Under the pieces are notes generated by a model, which worked only from the letters and a program-made list of their open reading frames with translations, was not told where the DNA came from and made no database searches. From Flaccisagitta enflata (lineage: Eukaryota): 64,000 nucleotides of DNA. The stretch spans positions 44,764,001 through 44,828,000 of the forward strand of contig OZ231126.1 in assembly GCA_965153355.1 (NCBI GenBank). The letters run 5' to 3'. Positions within the stretch are counted from its first letter, which is position 1. Every line of letters starts with the position of its first letter. The position numbers and the translations under genes were made by a program. Positions 16,210-28,314 of this stretch are shown piece after piece.

Positions 16210-19200
16210 TTTTGGTTTGTCTCTATCTTTTTCTTATTTTCTGTCTGTCTCCCACTTTTTCCTCATTTTTTATTTGTCTGCATCTCTATCCTAGTTTTCT
16301 GTCTGTCTCCATCTCTATCTTTATTCTCTGTCTCCATCCCCATATGGAGACAAACAAAAAATGAGGATTAAGATGGAGACAGATGGATGAAAAATATAGA
16401 GATAGAGACAGACAGATAATAGGGATAAAGATGGAGACAGACAGAAAATGAGGATAGAGATAGAGACAGACAGAAAATGAGGCACATTGAGGTTGCAAGT
16501 ATTGAAGCACACTCTATTGACTTTACTTGGGCCTATCCTTAGCAGAGTGGCTAGAAGCATTAGTTAGTAAAGAGCCAGTTTAAAAACATTTAGTGATGGT
16601 ATAGGTTCTTTGGTGCACTGGGATTGAGGGTCTAAGAGGCTAAGGGTTGAGTCACTAGATATCAAGGCTCTTTGCCTCAGAGAGACATTTTAAAAACCTA
16701 GCACTTATCCCCCTCTGAAGCCATTCAAGATATCGCAAGATGAGCCCAGCAACTGACATGACTGATGACCCACAACACCAATTAAGTCACCCAACAAATT
16801 TTCTCAGCACTTAGGTGCATTCTACTAAAGGAGAAACAAGTGACAAGAGGGGCTAGCGGGGTTGACTTGCATGTTAAGCCTGTTTTGGTCTTTCCCCAGA
16901 TCAACACCTCAATTTGACTGTAGACCCCTTATAATCTACTTATATATACATATAGGGCTTCTTAGGAGTAAATCAGAGATCATCTTGGGGTGACAAGTGA
17001 AATAGCTTTAACACATGTTTCAACCCCGCTAGCCCCTCTTGTTGCTGTTCTTCACTTTATCAGAACACACCCATGTTCTGGCAACATTTTTGAGGTGGCT
17101 CGGTTGCTGTATTGGATGGTGATCTCCTCATGGGACTGACTTTGAAGTGCACTGGGGTTAAGGGTCTTGGGGTTAAGGGTGGAGGATGTGAACCTGGGTA
17201 TGAGGGTCTTGGTTTGATACCATTTTCTATTTGGCTCAACCATCACAATTCACACTTATTCCAATATCAAGGGCAGAGGAGTTAGTTCAAGCTTGCCAAT
17301 GCAATCTCATTGGTCTGTTTCCATCTTTTTTTTCATTTTCTGTCTGTCTCCCATTTTTTCCTCTTTTTTTGTTTGTCTCCATCTCAATCCTCATTTTCTA
17401 TCTGTCTCCATCTCTATCTTTATTTTCTATCTATCTCCATCTCTATATGGAGACAGACAAAAAATGAGGATTAAGATGGAGACAGACAGAAAATTAGGAT
17501 AGAGATGAAGAGAGACAGATGATAAGGAAAAAGATGGAGACAGACAGAAAATGAGGATATAGATAGAGACAGAAAAGAAATAAGGAAAGAGATAGAGACA
17601 GACAAAAAATGATTTGATGATTAAGTGATTAAGTGATGGTACAGATTCTAAGGTGCACTGGGGTTGAGAGTTTTAGAGGCTAAGGGTCAAGTCACTGAAT
17701 ATTAAGGCTCTTTGCCTCAGAGAGACACTCTGAAAACCTAACTCATTTCACCCACCAAAGCCCAGCCATTCAAGAAATCGTAAGATGAGCCCAGCATTTG
17801 ACATGACTGTTGACCCACTCCACCAATTGAGTCACCCAACAAATTTTCTCAGCACTTAGGTGCAATCTACTAAAGGAGAAACAAGTGATAAGAGGGGCTA
17901 GCGGGGTTGACTTGCATGTTAAGCCTGTTTTGGTCTTTCCCCAGATCAACACCTCAATTTGACCGGAGACCCCTTATAATCTACTAATACATACATATAA
18001 GGCTTCTTAGCAGTAAATCAGAGATCATCTTGGGGTGACAAGTGAAATAGCTTTAACACATGTTTCAACCCCGCTAGCCCTTCTTGGTGCTGTTCTTCAC
18101 TTTATCAGAACACACCCATGTTCTGGCAACATTTTTGAGGTGGCTCGGTTGCTGTATTGGATGGTGATCTCCTCATGGGACTGACTTTGAAGTGCACTGG
18201 GGTTAAGGGTCTTGGGGTTAAGGGTGGAGGATGTGAACCTGGGTATGAGGGTCTTGGTTTGATACCATTTTCTTTTTGGCTCAACCATCACAATTCACAC
18301 TTATTCCAATATCAAGGGCAGAAGAGTTAGTTCAAGCTTGCCCATCTCATTGGTCTGTTTCCATCTTTTTTTCATTTTCTGTCTGTCTCCCATTTTTCCC
18401 TCTTTTTTTGTTTGTCTCCATCTCAATCCTCATTTTCTATCTGTCTCCATCTCTATCTTTATTTTCTATCTGTCTCCATCTCTATATGGAGACAGACAAA
18501 AAATGAGGATTAAGATGGAGACAGACAGAAAACTAAGATAGAGATGAAGAGAGACAGATGATAAGAAAAAAGATGGAGACAGACAGAAAATGAGGATAGA
18601 GATAGAGACAGAAAAAAAATGAGGAAAGAGATAGAGACAGACAAAAAATGATTTGATGATTAAGTGATTAAGTGATGGTACAGATTCTAAGGTGCACTGG
18701 GGTTGAGAGTTTTAGAGGCAAAGGGTCAAGTCACTGGATATCAAGGCTCTTTGCCTCAGAGAGACACTCTGAAGACCTAACACATTTCACCCACCAAAGC
18801 CAAGCCATTCAAGACATGGCAAGATGAGCCCAGCATTTGACATGACTGTTGACCCACTCCACCAATTGAGTCACCCAACAAATTTTCTCAGCACTTAGGT
18901 GCATTCTACTAAAGGAGAAACAAGTGACAAGAGGGGCTAGCGGGGTTGACTTGCATGTTAAGCCTGTTTTGGTCTTTCCCCAGATCAACACCTCAATTTG
19001 ACTGGAGACCCCTTATAATCTACTTATATATACATATAGGGCTTCTTAGGAGTAAATCAGAGATCATCTTGGGGTGACAGGTGAAATAGCTTTAACACAT
19101 TTTTCAACCCCGCTAGCCCCTCTTGTTGCTGTTCTTCACTTTATCAGAACACACCCATGTTCTGGCAACATTTTTGAGGTGGCTCGGTTGCTGCATGGAT

Positions 19201-22200
19201 GGTGATCTCCTCATGGGACTGACTTTGAAGTGCACTTGGGTTAAGGGTCTAGGTGTTAAGGGTGGAGGATCTGAACCTGGGTATGAGGGTCTTGGTTTGA
19301 TACCATTTTCTTTTTGACTCAACCATCACAATTAACACTAATTCCAATATCAAGGGCAGAAGAGTGAGTTCAAGTTTGCCCATCTCATTGGTCTGTTTCC
19401 ATCTTTTTTTCATTTTCTGTCTGTCTCCCACTTTTTCCTCTTTTTTTGTTTGTCTCCATCTCAATCCTCATTTTCTATTGGTCTCCATCTCTATCTTTAT
19501 CTTCTATCCGTCTCCATCTCTATATGGAGACACACAAAAAATTAGGATTAAGATGGAGACAGACAAAAAACTAAGATAGAGATGAAGAGAGACAGATGAT
19601 AAGGATAAAGATGAAGACAGACAGAAATGAGGATAGAGATAGAGACAGACAAAAAATGAGGATAGAGATAAAGACAGACAAAAAAAAATGACCCACTCCA
19701 TCTTAATCTTCATCTTTTTACTGTCTCTATATAGAGATGGAGACAGACAGAAAATTAAGATAGAGATGGAGACAGACAGTAAATGAGGATAAAGCTGGAG
19801 ACAAACAAAAAATGAGGAAAAAGTGGGAGATAAACAGAAAATAGGGAAACGATAATGACAGATCAATAATGGGGATGAAAAAGAGACAGGCAAGCTGGAA
19901 CTTACTCCTCTGCCTTTGATATTAGAATAAGAGTGAATTTTGAAAGTTGAGCCAAAAAGAAAATCTTATCAAACTAAGACCCTCATACCCAGGGTCACAT
20001 TCTCCACCCTTAACCTCAAGACCCTTGACCCCAGGGCACTCCAAATTCAGTCCCATGAGGAGATTACCATTCAAGACAGCAATTGAGCCACCTTAAAAAT
20101 GTTGCCAGAACATGGGTGTGTTCTGATAAAGTGAAGAACTGTAACAAGAGGGGCTAGCGGGGTTCAAAAATGTGTTAAAGCTATTTTACTTGTCACCCCA
20201 GGATGATCTCTGATTTACTCCTAAGAAGCCCCCTATGTATATATAAGTACATTACAAGGGGCCTACAGCCAAATTGAGGTGTTGATCTGGGAAAAGACCA
20301 AAACAGGCTTAACATGCAAGTCAACCCCGCTAGCCCCTCTTGTCACCTGTTTCTCCTTTACTAGAATGCACCTAAGTGCTGAGAAGATTTGTTGGGTGAC
20401 TCAATCGGTATTTTGGGTCAACAGTCATGTAAGTTGTTGGGCTCATCTTGGGATGTCTTGAATGGCTAGGCTTTGGAGGGTGAAATGTGCTAGGTTTTCA
20501 GAGTGTCTCTTTGAGTCAAAGACCCTTGATATCTAGTGACAACCCTAAGCCTCAAAGACCCTCAACCCTAGTAGACCTTAGAACCTGTACCTTCACTAAA
20601 TGTTTTATAACTGTCTCTTTACTAACTATTGCTTCTAGCCACTCTGCCAAGGATAGGCCCAATCAAAGTCAATGGAGTGTGCTTCAATGCTTTCAGCCTC
20701 AATGTGCCTCATTTTCTGTCTGTGTCTTACTCTATCCTCATTTTCTGTCTGTCTCCATCTTTATCCTCATTTTCTGTCTGTCTCGATCTTTATCCTTATT
20801 ATCTGTCTGTCTCCATTGTTTTTTTTTATTTTCTGTCTGTCTCCATCCTAATCCTTATCTTTTTACTGTCTCCATATAGAGATGGAGACAAACAGAAAAT
20901 TAAGATAGAGATGGAGACAGACAGAAAATTAGGATAAAACTGGAGACAAAAAAAAAATGAGGAAAAAGTGGGAGACAAACAGAAAATAAGGAAACAATAA
21001 TAACAGACCAATAATGTGGATGAAAAGAAGACAGGCAAGCTGGAACTAACTCTTCTGCCTTTGATATTTGAATAAGTGTGAATTTTGAAAGTTGAGCCAA
21101 AAAGAAAATCTTATTAAACTAAGACCCTCATACCCAGGGTCACATCCTCCACCCTTAACCTCAAAACCCTTGACCCCAGGGCACTCCAAAGTCAGTCCCC
21201 TGAGGAGATTACCATCCAAGACAGCAATTGAGCCACCTCAAAAATGTTGCCAGAACACGGGTGTATTCTGATAAAGTGAAGAACTGTAACAAGAGGGGCT
21301 AGCGGGGTTGAAAAATGTGTTAAAGCTATTTTACCTGTCACCCCAGGATGATCTCTGATTTACTCCTAAGAAGCCCTATATGTATATATAAGTACATTAC
21401 AAGGGGCCTACAGTCAAATTGAGGTGTTGATCTGGGGAAGTGCCAAAACATGCTTAACATGCAAGTCAACCCCGCTAGCCCCTCTTGTCACCTGTTTCTC
21501 CATTACTAGAATGCACTTAAGTGCTGAGAAGATTTGTTGGGTGACTCAATCGGTATTTTGGGTCAACAGTCATGTAAGTTGTTGGGCTCATCTTGGGATG
21601 TCATGAATGGCTAGGCTTTGGAGGGTGAAATGTGCTGGGTTTTCAGAGTTTCTCTTTGAGTCAAAGAGTCTTAATATCTAGTGACTCAACCCTAAGTTTC
21701 AAAGAGCCTCAACCCCAGTAGACCTTAGAACCTGTAATGTTTTTTAACTGTCTCTTTACTAACTATTGCTTCTAGCCACTCTGCCAAGGATAGGCCCAAT
21801 CAAAGTCAATGGAGTGTGCTTCAATGCTTTCAGCCTCAATGTGCCTCATTTTCTGTCTGTGTCTATCTCTATCCTCATTTTCTGTCTGTCTCCATCTTTA
21901 TCCTCATTTTCTGTCTGTCTCCATCTTTATCCTAATTATCTGTCTGTCTCCATCTCTTTTCCTATTTTCTTTCAGTCTCCATCTTAATCTTCATTTTTTT
22001 ACTGTCTCCATATAGAGATTGAGACCGACAGAAAATTAAGATAGTGATCGAGACAGACAGAAAATGAGGATGAAACTGGAGACAAACAGAAAATGCGGAA
22101 AAAGTGGGAGACAAACAGAAAATAGAAAAACTATAATGACAGACCAATAATGGGGATAAAAACGAGACAGGCATGCTGGAACTAACTCCTCTGCCTTCGA

Positions 22201-22920
22201 TATTGGAATAAGTGTGAATTTTGAAAGTTGAGCCAAAAAGAAAATCTTATCAAACTAAGACCCTCATACCCAGGGTCACATCATCCACCCTTAACCCCAA
22301 GACCCTTAATCCCAGTGCTTCTAGCCACTCTGCTAAAGAAAGGCCCAATCAAAGTCAATGGAGTGTGCTTCATTTCTTTCAACCTCAAAGTGAATAATTT
22401 TCTGTCTGTCTCTATCTCTATCCTCATTTTCTGTCTGTCCCTATCTTTATCCTTATTATCTGTCTGTCTCCATCTCTATCTTTATTTGTCTGTCTGCTTC
22501 CATCTTAATCCTCCTTTTTTGTCTGTCTCCATAAAGAGAGGAATCAGACAGAAAATAAAGATAGAGATGGAGACAGCAAGAAAATGAGGATAGAGATGGA
22601 GACAAGTAAGAAATGAAGAAAAAGTTAGAGACAGACAGAAAATAAAAAAAAGATGGAGACAGACAGAAAATAAGAAAAAGATGGAGACAGACCAATAATG
22701 AAGATAAAAAGGAGACAGGCAAGCTGGTATTAGCCCCTATGCCTTTGATAATGGAATAAGTGTTAATTTTGCATGTTGAGCCAAAAAGAAAATGTAACAA
22801 AACCAAGACCCTCCACCCTTAACCCCAAGACCCCTAACCCTAGTGCACTTGAAAGTCAGTCCCCTGAGGAGATTACAATCCATGACAGCAACTGAGCCAC
22901 CTCAAAAACTTTGCCCTAAC
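16210..22920. repeat. Satellite array 2, ~1.04-1.15 kb unit, with internal inversion near 19690
   Basis: Cassette copies in reverse orientation at 16840, 17885, 18924 and in forward orientation at 20141, 21286. Units are rich in ATGGAGACAGACAGAAAAT subrepeats in both orientations. Confidence 0.93.
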
Positions 22921-23350
22921 ATTCTTAACCCCAGTGCACAAGACTTCCCAAGTTGCTGCTGAGTTTGTTTTTATGAGGAAACATTTTTTTAAAGACACAA
23001 AAGTGAATGTTTTCAAAGTGTCACAAGGTGAGTCGCCCAAAAAACGTATTCTCCTCACGAGTTTTTTTCCCAAATAAGGTTTTTGTGCCAGAAAAAAAAT
23101 CTATAAAGAATGGTCGCTAAGCAGAGCCACTTAAAAAATGAATGATTTTCCATGTTATCCAATGAGAGACGCATTGCGTCTCCAAACGCGTCTCCAAACG
23201 TCTCCAGTCAACAAAGAAAATAAAGGGATTAGATTTCCCTATAGAAAATCTTTGTATAACATACTTACAAAGATGAAAAATGCGATAAACTTTTTTCCAA
23301 TGCATTCTTGTGGTGGTAGGAGGGGCAGCGGTCCTGACGGGATTAGTTAC

Positions 23351-23635
23351 CAACCAGCTAGAACCACCCTACCCACCTAAATCACCATCACCGTGAGGCA
23401 AAAACACCCCCAACTTGGAAAAACCACCCACCAACCAGCTAGAACCACCCTACCCACCTAATTCACCATCACAGTGAGGCAAAAACACCCCCGTCTTGGA
23501 AAAACCACCCACCAACCAGCTAGAACCACCCTACCCACCTAAATCACCATCACCGTGAGGCAATAGCACCCTCGACTTGGAAAAACCACCCACCAACCAG
23601 CTAGAACCACCCTACCCACCTAAATCACCACCACC
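23351..23635. repeat. 81-bp minisatellite, ~3.5 copies
   Basis: CAACCAGCTAGAACCACCCTACCCACCTAA begins at 23351, 23432, 23513 and 23594. Confidence 0.93.
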
Positions 23636-23884
23636 TCAATCACCCACCATCCAGCTACTACCAACCTACCCACCCAAATTACCATCACCTCAGCAACTAG
23701 AGAATAAAAACAAAAGATAGCAAAAAAGACAAAAAGACAAAAGGTGAAACAAATTGCGCGTCGGTCGAATTATAGTCATTCACATCATTTCACATCAGGT
23801 CAGGTAGGTCTGTTTGTAAAACTTCGTGGGCCTCTTCCATCAAATATCAAACGCCTTAAAATTGCAACATGCATCATGAGAATG

Positions 23885-24261
23885 GTGTGTCTGCATTCAC
23901 CATATTATTTGGATAATTTATCTGGATATCAATATCCGGATATTCTACATAGTGAATTTACCAAATTTACTATATGAAATATCCGGATATCAATAATCAA
24001 ATAAGATATCCGAATAAGCTGATTAATGCATACACACCTGCATGCATTAATCAGCTTATTCGGATATTTTATTTGGATATTAATATCCGGATATTTTATG
24101 TAGTCTGGGTGCGTCTGCTTTCACCATATTATTTGGATGATTTATCTGGATATCAATATCCGGATATTCTACATAGTGAATTTACCAAATTTACTACATG
24201 AACTATCCGGATATCAATATTCAAATAAAATATCCAAATAAGCTGATTAATGCAGACACAC
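23885..24261. repeat. Two ~150-bp palindromic MITE-like units with a partial inverted copy between them
   Basis: GTGTGTCTGCATT ... AATGCA(T/G)ACACAC ends; internal ATATCCGGATAT palindromes; unit repeated about 224 bp later. Confidence 0.7.
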
Positions 24262-24266
24262 TATAA

Positions 24267-24339
<73 letters not shown>

Positions 24340-24710
24340 CTCCCGTCCCTTGCTATCTCGTAAGGTGTTACGAAAAAAAAAAATCTTTGGCAATATTATA
24401 GCCATCATTTCACGGTACATCAGTCCCGTTAAAGACGGAGTAGGCTGGAGGATGATGAAGATGATGACAATAACGAGGAAGAAGAGTAAAGGGGGGAGTA
24501 AGGAGGATGAGGAAGAGCAGCGGGTGAGTAAAAGAGGAGGATGAGGAAGAGTAAGGCATGAAATAGATGAGGTCAAACTTGGGCTTTTTTTGGTGGGTGT
24601 TTTTTTGAGGCCTGGATGATGCGGGACAAACCGACCGGAAGAAGACAAGTAGTGAGGAATGGTGGTTGTGGTGGTTGTGGTGGGAGGTGAGTGGACGTAT
24701 GGAAGAAGAG

Positions 24711-24930
24711 TTTTTAATCGCGGACTTGCGGACTTGTAAGAGGCTCTCTCTGTCCGTTGGTCCGTCCCTTGGTCCGTCTGTTGGTCCGTCCATGATGATC
24801 GAGCTGAAAAGTGTGAAACCGCGCATTTCAGGTTCTAACTTCTAAAGTGTGCGATAACGGTGTGTGGAATGGGGTTGTATGCCCCTGTCCACCCACCCGC
24901 GACGAAATTCTAACCCCGCGTTACTTGTTT
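24711..24930 (+). mobile_element. HINE/DINE-like element
   Basis: TTTTTAATCGCGGAC..., (GTCC)n, CCACCCACCCGCGAC, hairpin TAAC-CCCGC-GTTA, then CTTGTTT. Confidence 0.6.
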
Positions 24931-25612
24931 CAAAGGCGCTCGGAGTTTAAAAGAAAGAAAGAATAAGAGAAATCGACTGGGAGTAGGAGTGCAGCTGGGA
25001 TGGCAAGGTGCGGGGGGGGGGGGGAGGAGGGATGGAGACGATATTCCGGTAAACACTGAGGTCGATGTCAATGACGCAGGTTGGTGAAGGATTTTACTCC
25101 AACCTTGTGTAAGAAGCGAATTTATGCGGCCCCTAATCATCAGAAACTCGATATTTGATTTATACAGAAAGTGTGAACGAAACTGTTTAAGATACAATGT
25201 GGAATTAATGATGTATACTTTCAAAGACGCGTTCTAGCTATTTCGTCCTTCTATGGAACATAAATCTTCTACGTAACACTTGATCAGGAAAAAGGTGATG
25301 AGAAAGAAAGAAAATGGTATTTATTAGACGGACCAAAAGGACGATTTGGATGAAGAGATCCAGTCTGTTCAAATGCAACATACAAAGCTTTTTCCGCGCC
25401 TAACTGCCTATGGGAATCGTCTTCGGGAGGAAAGGTAAGGTCATTCACGAGTGAGAAACATCTATTCGAATGAAAATACCGGATCAACAGAACACGCTCA
25501 GGGAGAAAAAGTGAGGAGGTGGAGGATAGGAAGAAGAGGAAAAATAAGAAGGACGCTGAGATTATTCAGCAGAAACTTTAATTTTGCGTCCAGCGAACTT
25601 CGGGGATGGAAA

Positions 25613-26015
25613 GGTCACCTCGTGGGTGAATACGGGGATGAAGAGAGTGAAAGGGGGTGATTATTGGTCACCTCGTGGGTGAATACGGCAATGAAGAGAG
25701 TGAAAGGGGGTGATTATTGGTCACCCTGTGGGTGAATACGGCGATTAAAAGAGTGGAAGGGGGTGATTATTGGTCACCTCATGGTTGCATAAGGTGATGA
25801 AGATTATTGGTCACCTCCTGGGTGCAAACGGCGATGAAGAGAGTGGAAAAGAGGGTGGGGGTAATAATTGGTCACCTCGTGGGTGCACAGGGTAGGGAAG
25901 AGAGTGGAAAGGGGTGGGGGTAGTTATTGGTCACCTGGTGGGTCCATATGGTGGGGAATAGAGTGGAAAGGGGCGTGGGGGTAATCATTGGTCACCTCGA
26001 GAGTGCATATGGTTT
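25613..26015. repeat. ~53-61-bp minisatellite, 8 copies
   Basis: GGTCACC at 25613, 25666, 25719, 25772, 25809, 25870, 25929 and 25990, with homologous intervening sequence. Confidence 0.9.
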
Positions 26016-27388
26016 GGAAAAAAGTCGAAGAGACGAAGTCCCTTCGGTCTTTTTGAGTCCTGCAGAGGAAAACGGATTTCCCTTTGTTTTATAAGGCGTT
26101 TGGGAAAGTTTGTGCATTTTTCGGGCAGAATGACACCAAGCAGAATTCTGTGCGATCAATAGTTTTGGAGCTATGATTTTTTTAATCTTTTTATATTTTT
26201 TCCCATTTTTCACATTTTTTCCAAAAACGAGGAATTGAGTTAATTGAAGTTTATTTGAACTTTGAAATATCCCAGGTGATGATTGTGCATCCTGGCAGCA
26301 CAGTCTCTCTCTCATTTCAACTCTGGACTCTATGAGAGGCTTTGTCTGTCAATCCATCCATCAGTCTGTTGGTCCGTTGGTTCGTCCGAGTGGAAAAGTG
26401 GAAAAACAAGCGGTCTAGATGCTTGTGTGTGGGGGTTGGGGTTGGGGTGTGGATGGGGGTTGGATGCCTCTGTCTCAAACAGAGAAACACATGTAGAGAG
26501 TGGAACAAACCAAAAAGATGCCTGGAGAAAAAAAGGCAATAAACCAGACAAAACACAATCACAAAAAATTCCAAAACCTCGCACTTACGACTTTTTTCCT
26601 ACGGCGAGAGCCGCCTTTATTGGTAGGGAATAGAGTGGAAAGGGGGTGATTTACATCCAAGCTTTATAGGAAACGACAACTAGATGATACGGGAGGACAA
26701 AATGTTGTTGGGAAATTTCGATGGCTATGGCAGATTAAACTGTTTCTAAATATAAGGAAGAGGCTGGACTTGAGGCGAGCAGCAGCGGAAACAACGACAA
26801 AGTTTAAATCATACCTACGTGTTTTGCTTACTCTACATTTACACAGTTGCGTGTGCAATTATCTTTTATATTTCTTAACTGTAGGTATTTTCGCAATAAC
26901 ATGTAATCCCAGCCAAGGCGAGATACCAGGACTGAGAGGGAGTCCACATACATTCAAATTGAACCACTCTATCGCTCCGTACCGATGCGAGTGAATCGAC
27001 TGATATGCAGAGTGATGCCCTACGCACAGATGCGAGGATTGCGAGGGAGTCAACAGGGAAGCATCTCGAAAAACGGGGGTGGGTCAGGCCGAGAAGAGAG
27101 AAGGTGGAAGAGGAGGGAGAAAACAAGGAGAACAACGCGGAGGAAGAGGAAGTGGAGGATAAGGATGGCGGGACTTAAACCAAAGGTCACAGGCTATTAG
27201 AAACCCCACGGCCTTCCTGAGGGTGGGGGCAGAAAAGTGCCTGGATGAGAAGCAAGAGAAAGTCCGAAATATTCATCCATTGTCAGTCATTAACGCGAAG
27301 GTGGCCATAAACTGGAAAGAAAAAAAATATCGCCTACGCCTCCAATGAACTAACCGGAAGCGAGAAAGGGAGAAAGAGAGAATGAGAG

Positions 27389-27473
<85 letters not shown>

Positions 27474-28314
27474 GAGAGGAGTAAGTGCGCTGTGTCTCGA
27501 TCTCGACGTAAGAACACTTTTATATAGTAATGTAGTGGTCAATGAATACGCCCTGCCCTGTTGAATCCCGCTTTCATGTCATTATTTTCACCGCGACAAA
27601 GAAAAACAAGCATTCTAGTCTGTTATGTTTTCTTGACCCCCTACCCCCCCTCGTTCCCTCTCGAAATGTCACTCTTTTGTCCTTGCTTTTAATTGATATT
27701 TCACGCACATATTCCTTCCTTTAGAATGATCAGAAAGATAGGTCAGTGGTCAAGTCTGTTGATTGAAATTTGCTAATGAATTTTCACTTCGGCTTTTTAT
27801 TTTTGCTCGAGTTTTGCGTGTGCCATAACATGACGCGCGCGTTCTCAGTCATGTTTAGCGTGCCTAAGTCACGCACACATGACTTTGAATTTATGCTTCT
27901 ATGCATCTATGCATAATTGCATATTGCGTGTAGCGTTGTCATGAAAAGCGTGTGTTTCCGCCATGTTGCGTGTGACATGACACAAAAAACGTTCCGCCGA
28001 CATGTTACGCGTGACACTGACTTGTGTAACTTGCTTCATGCGCCCAGAAGAGAACAAGCCCGACCAGGCAACGATGCGTCCGGACTGTGTCACTGCGTGG
28101 AGTAAATCTCACGATGCGAATGACGATGACGACGATGACTACAGCAAATTTGAGCGAGAGCGAGAGCGAGAAAGTGATCGAGAGTGAGAGAGGGAGTTTT
28201 TCATATCATGTGTGATATCCCTGTGGTTGAAAAGTGCCGAGAAATGCGGTTTGAGAAAAGGTTGCTGTTGTTGTTTCCCCGGGTGGCGAAGCCACGTAGA
28301 AAGCTCCGCAGGGT

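Noticed and set aside
7754-22806. Recurrent 60-130 aa ORFs in the satellites (MIHFPIG..., MTLWIKN..., MLIWGKT...)
   Set aside because: Mostly non-ATG starts, broken differently between units and with no recognisable domain. They recur only because the DNA is repeated.
23351-23635. Regularly spaced repeats suggestive of CRISPR
   Set aside because: Whole 81-bp units are near-identical, with no unique spacers.
25613-26015. CRISPR-like pattern of a constant ATTGGTCACC with variable intervals
   Set aside because: The intervening sequences are homologous to each other, there are no cas genes, and the context is eukaryotic. It is a minisatellite.
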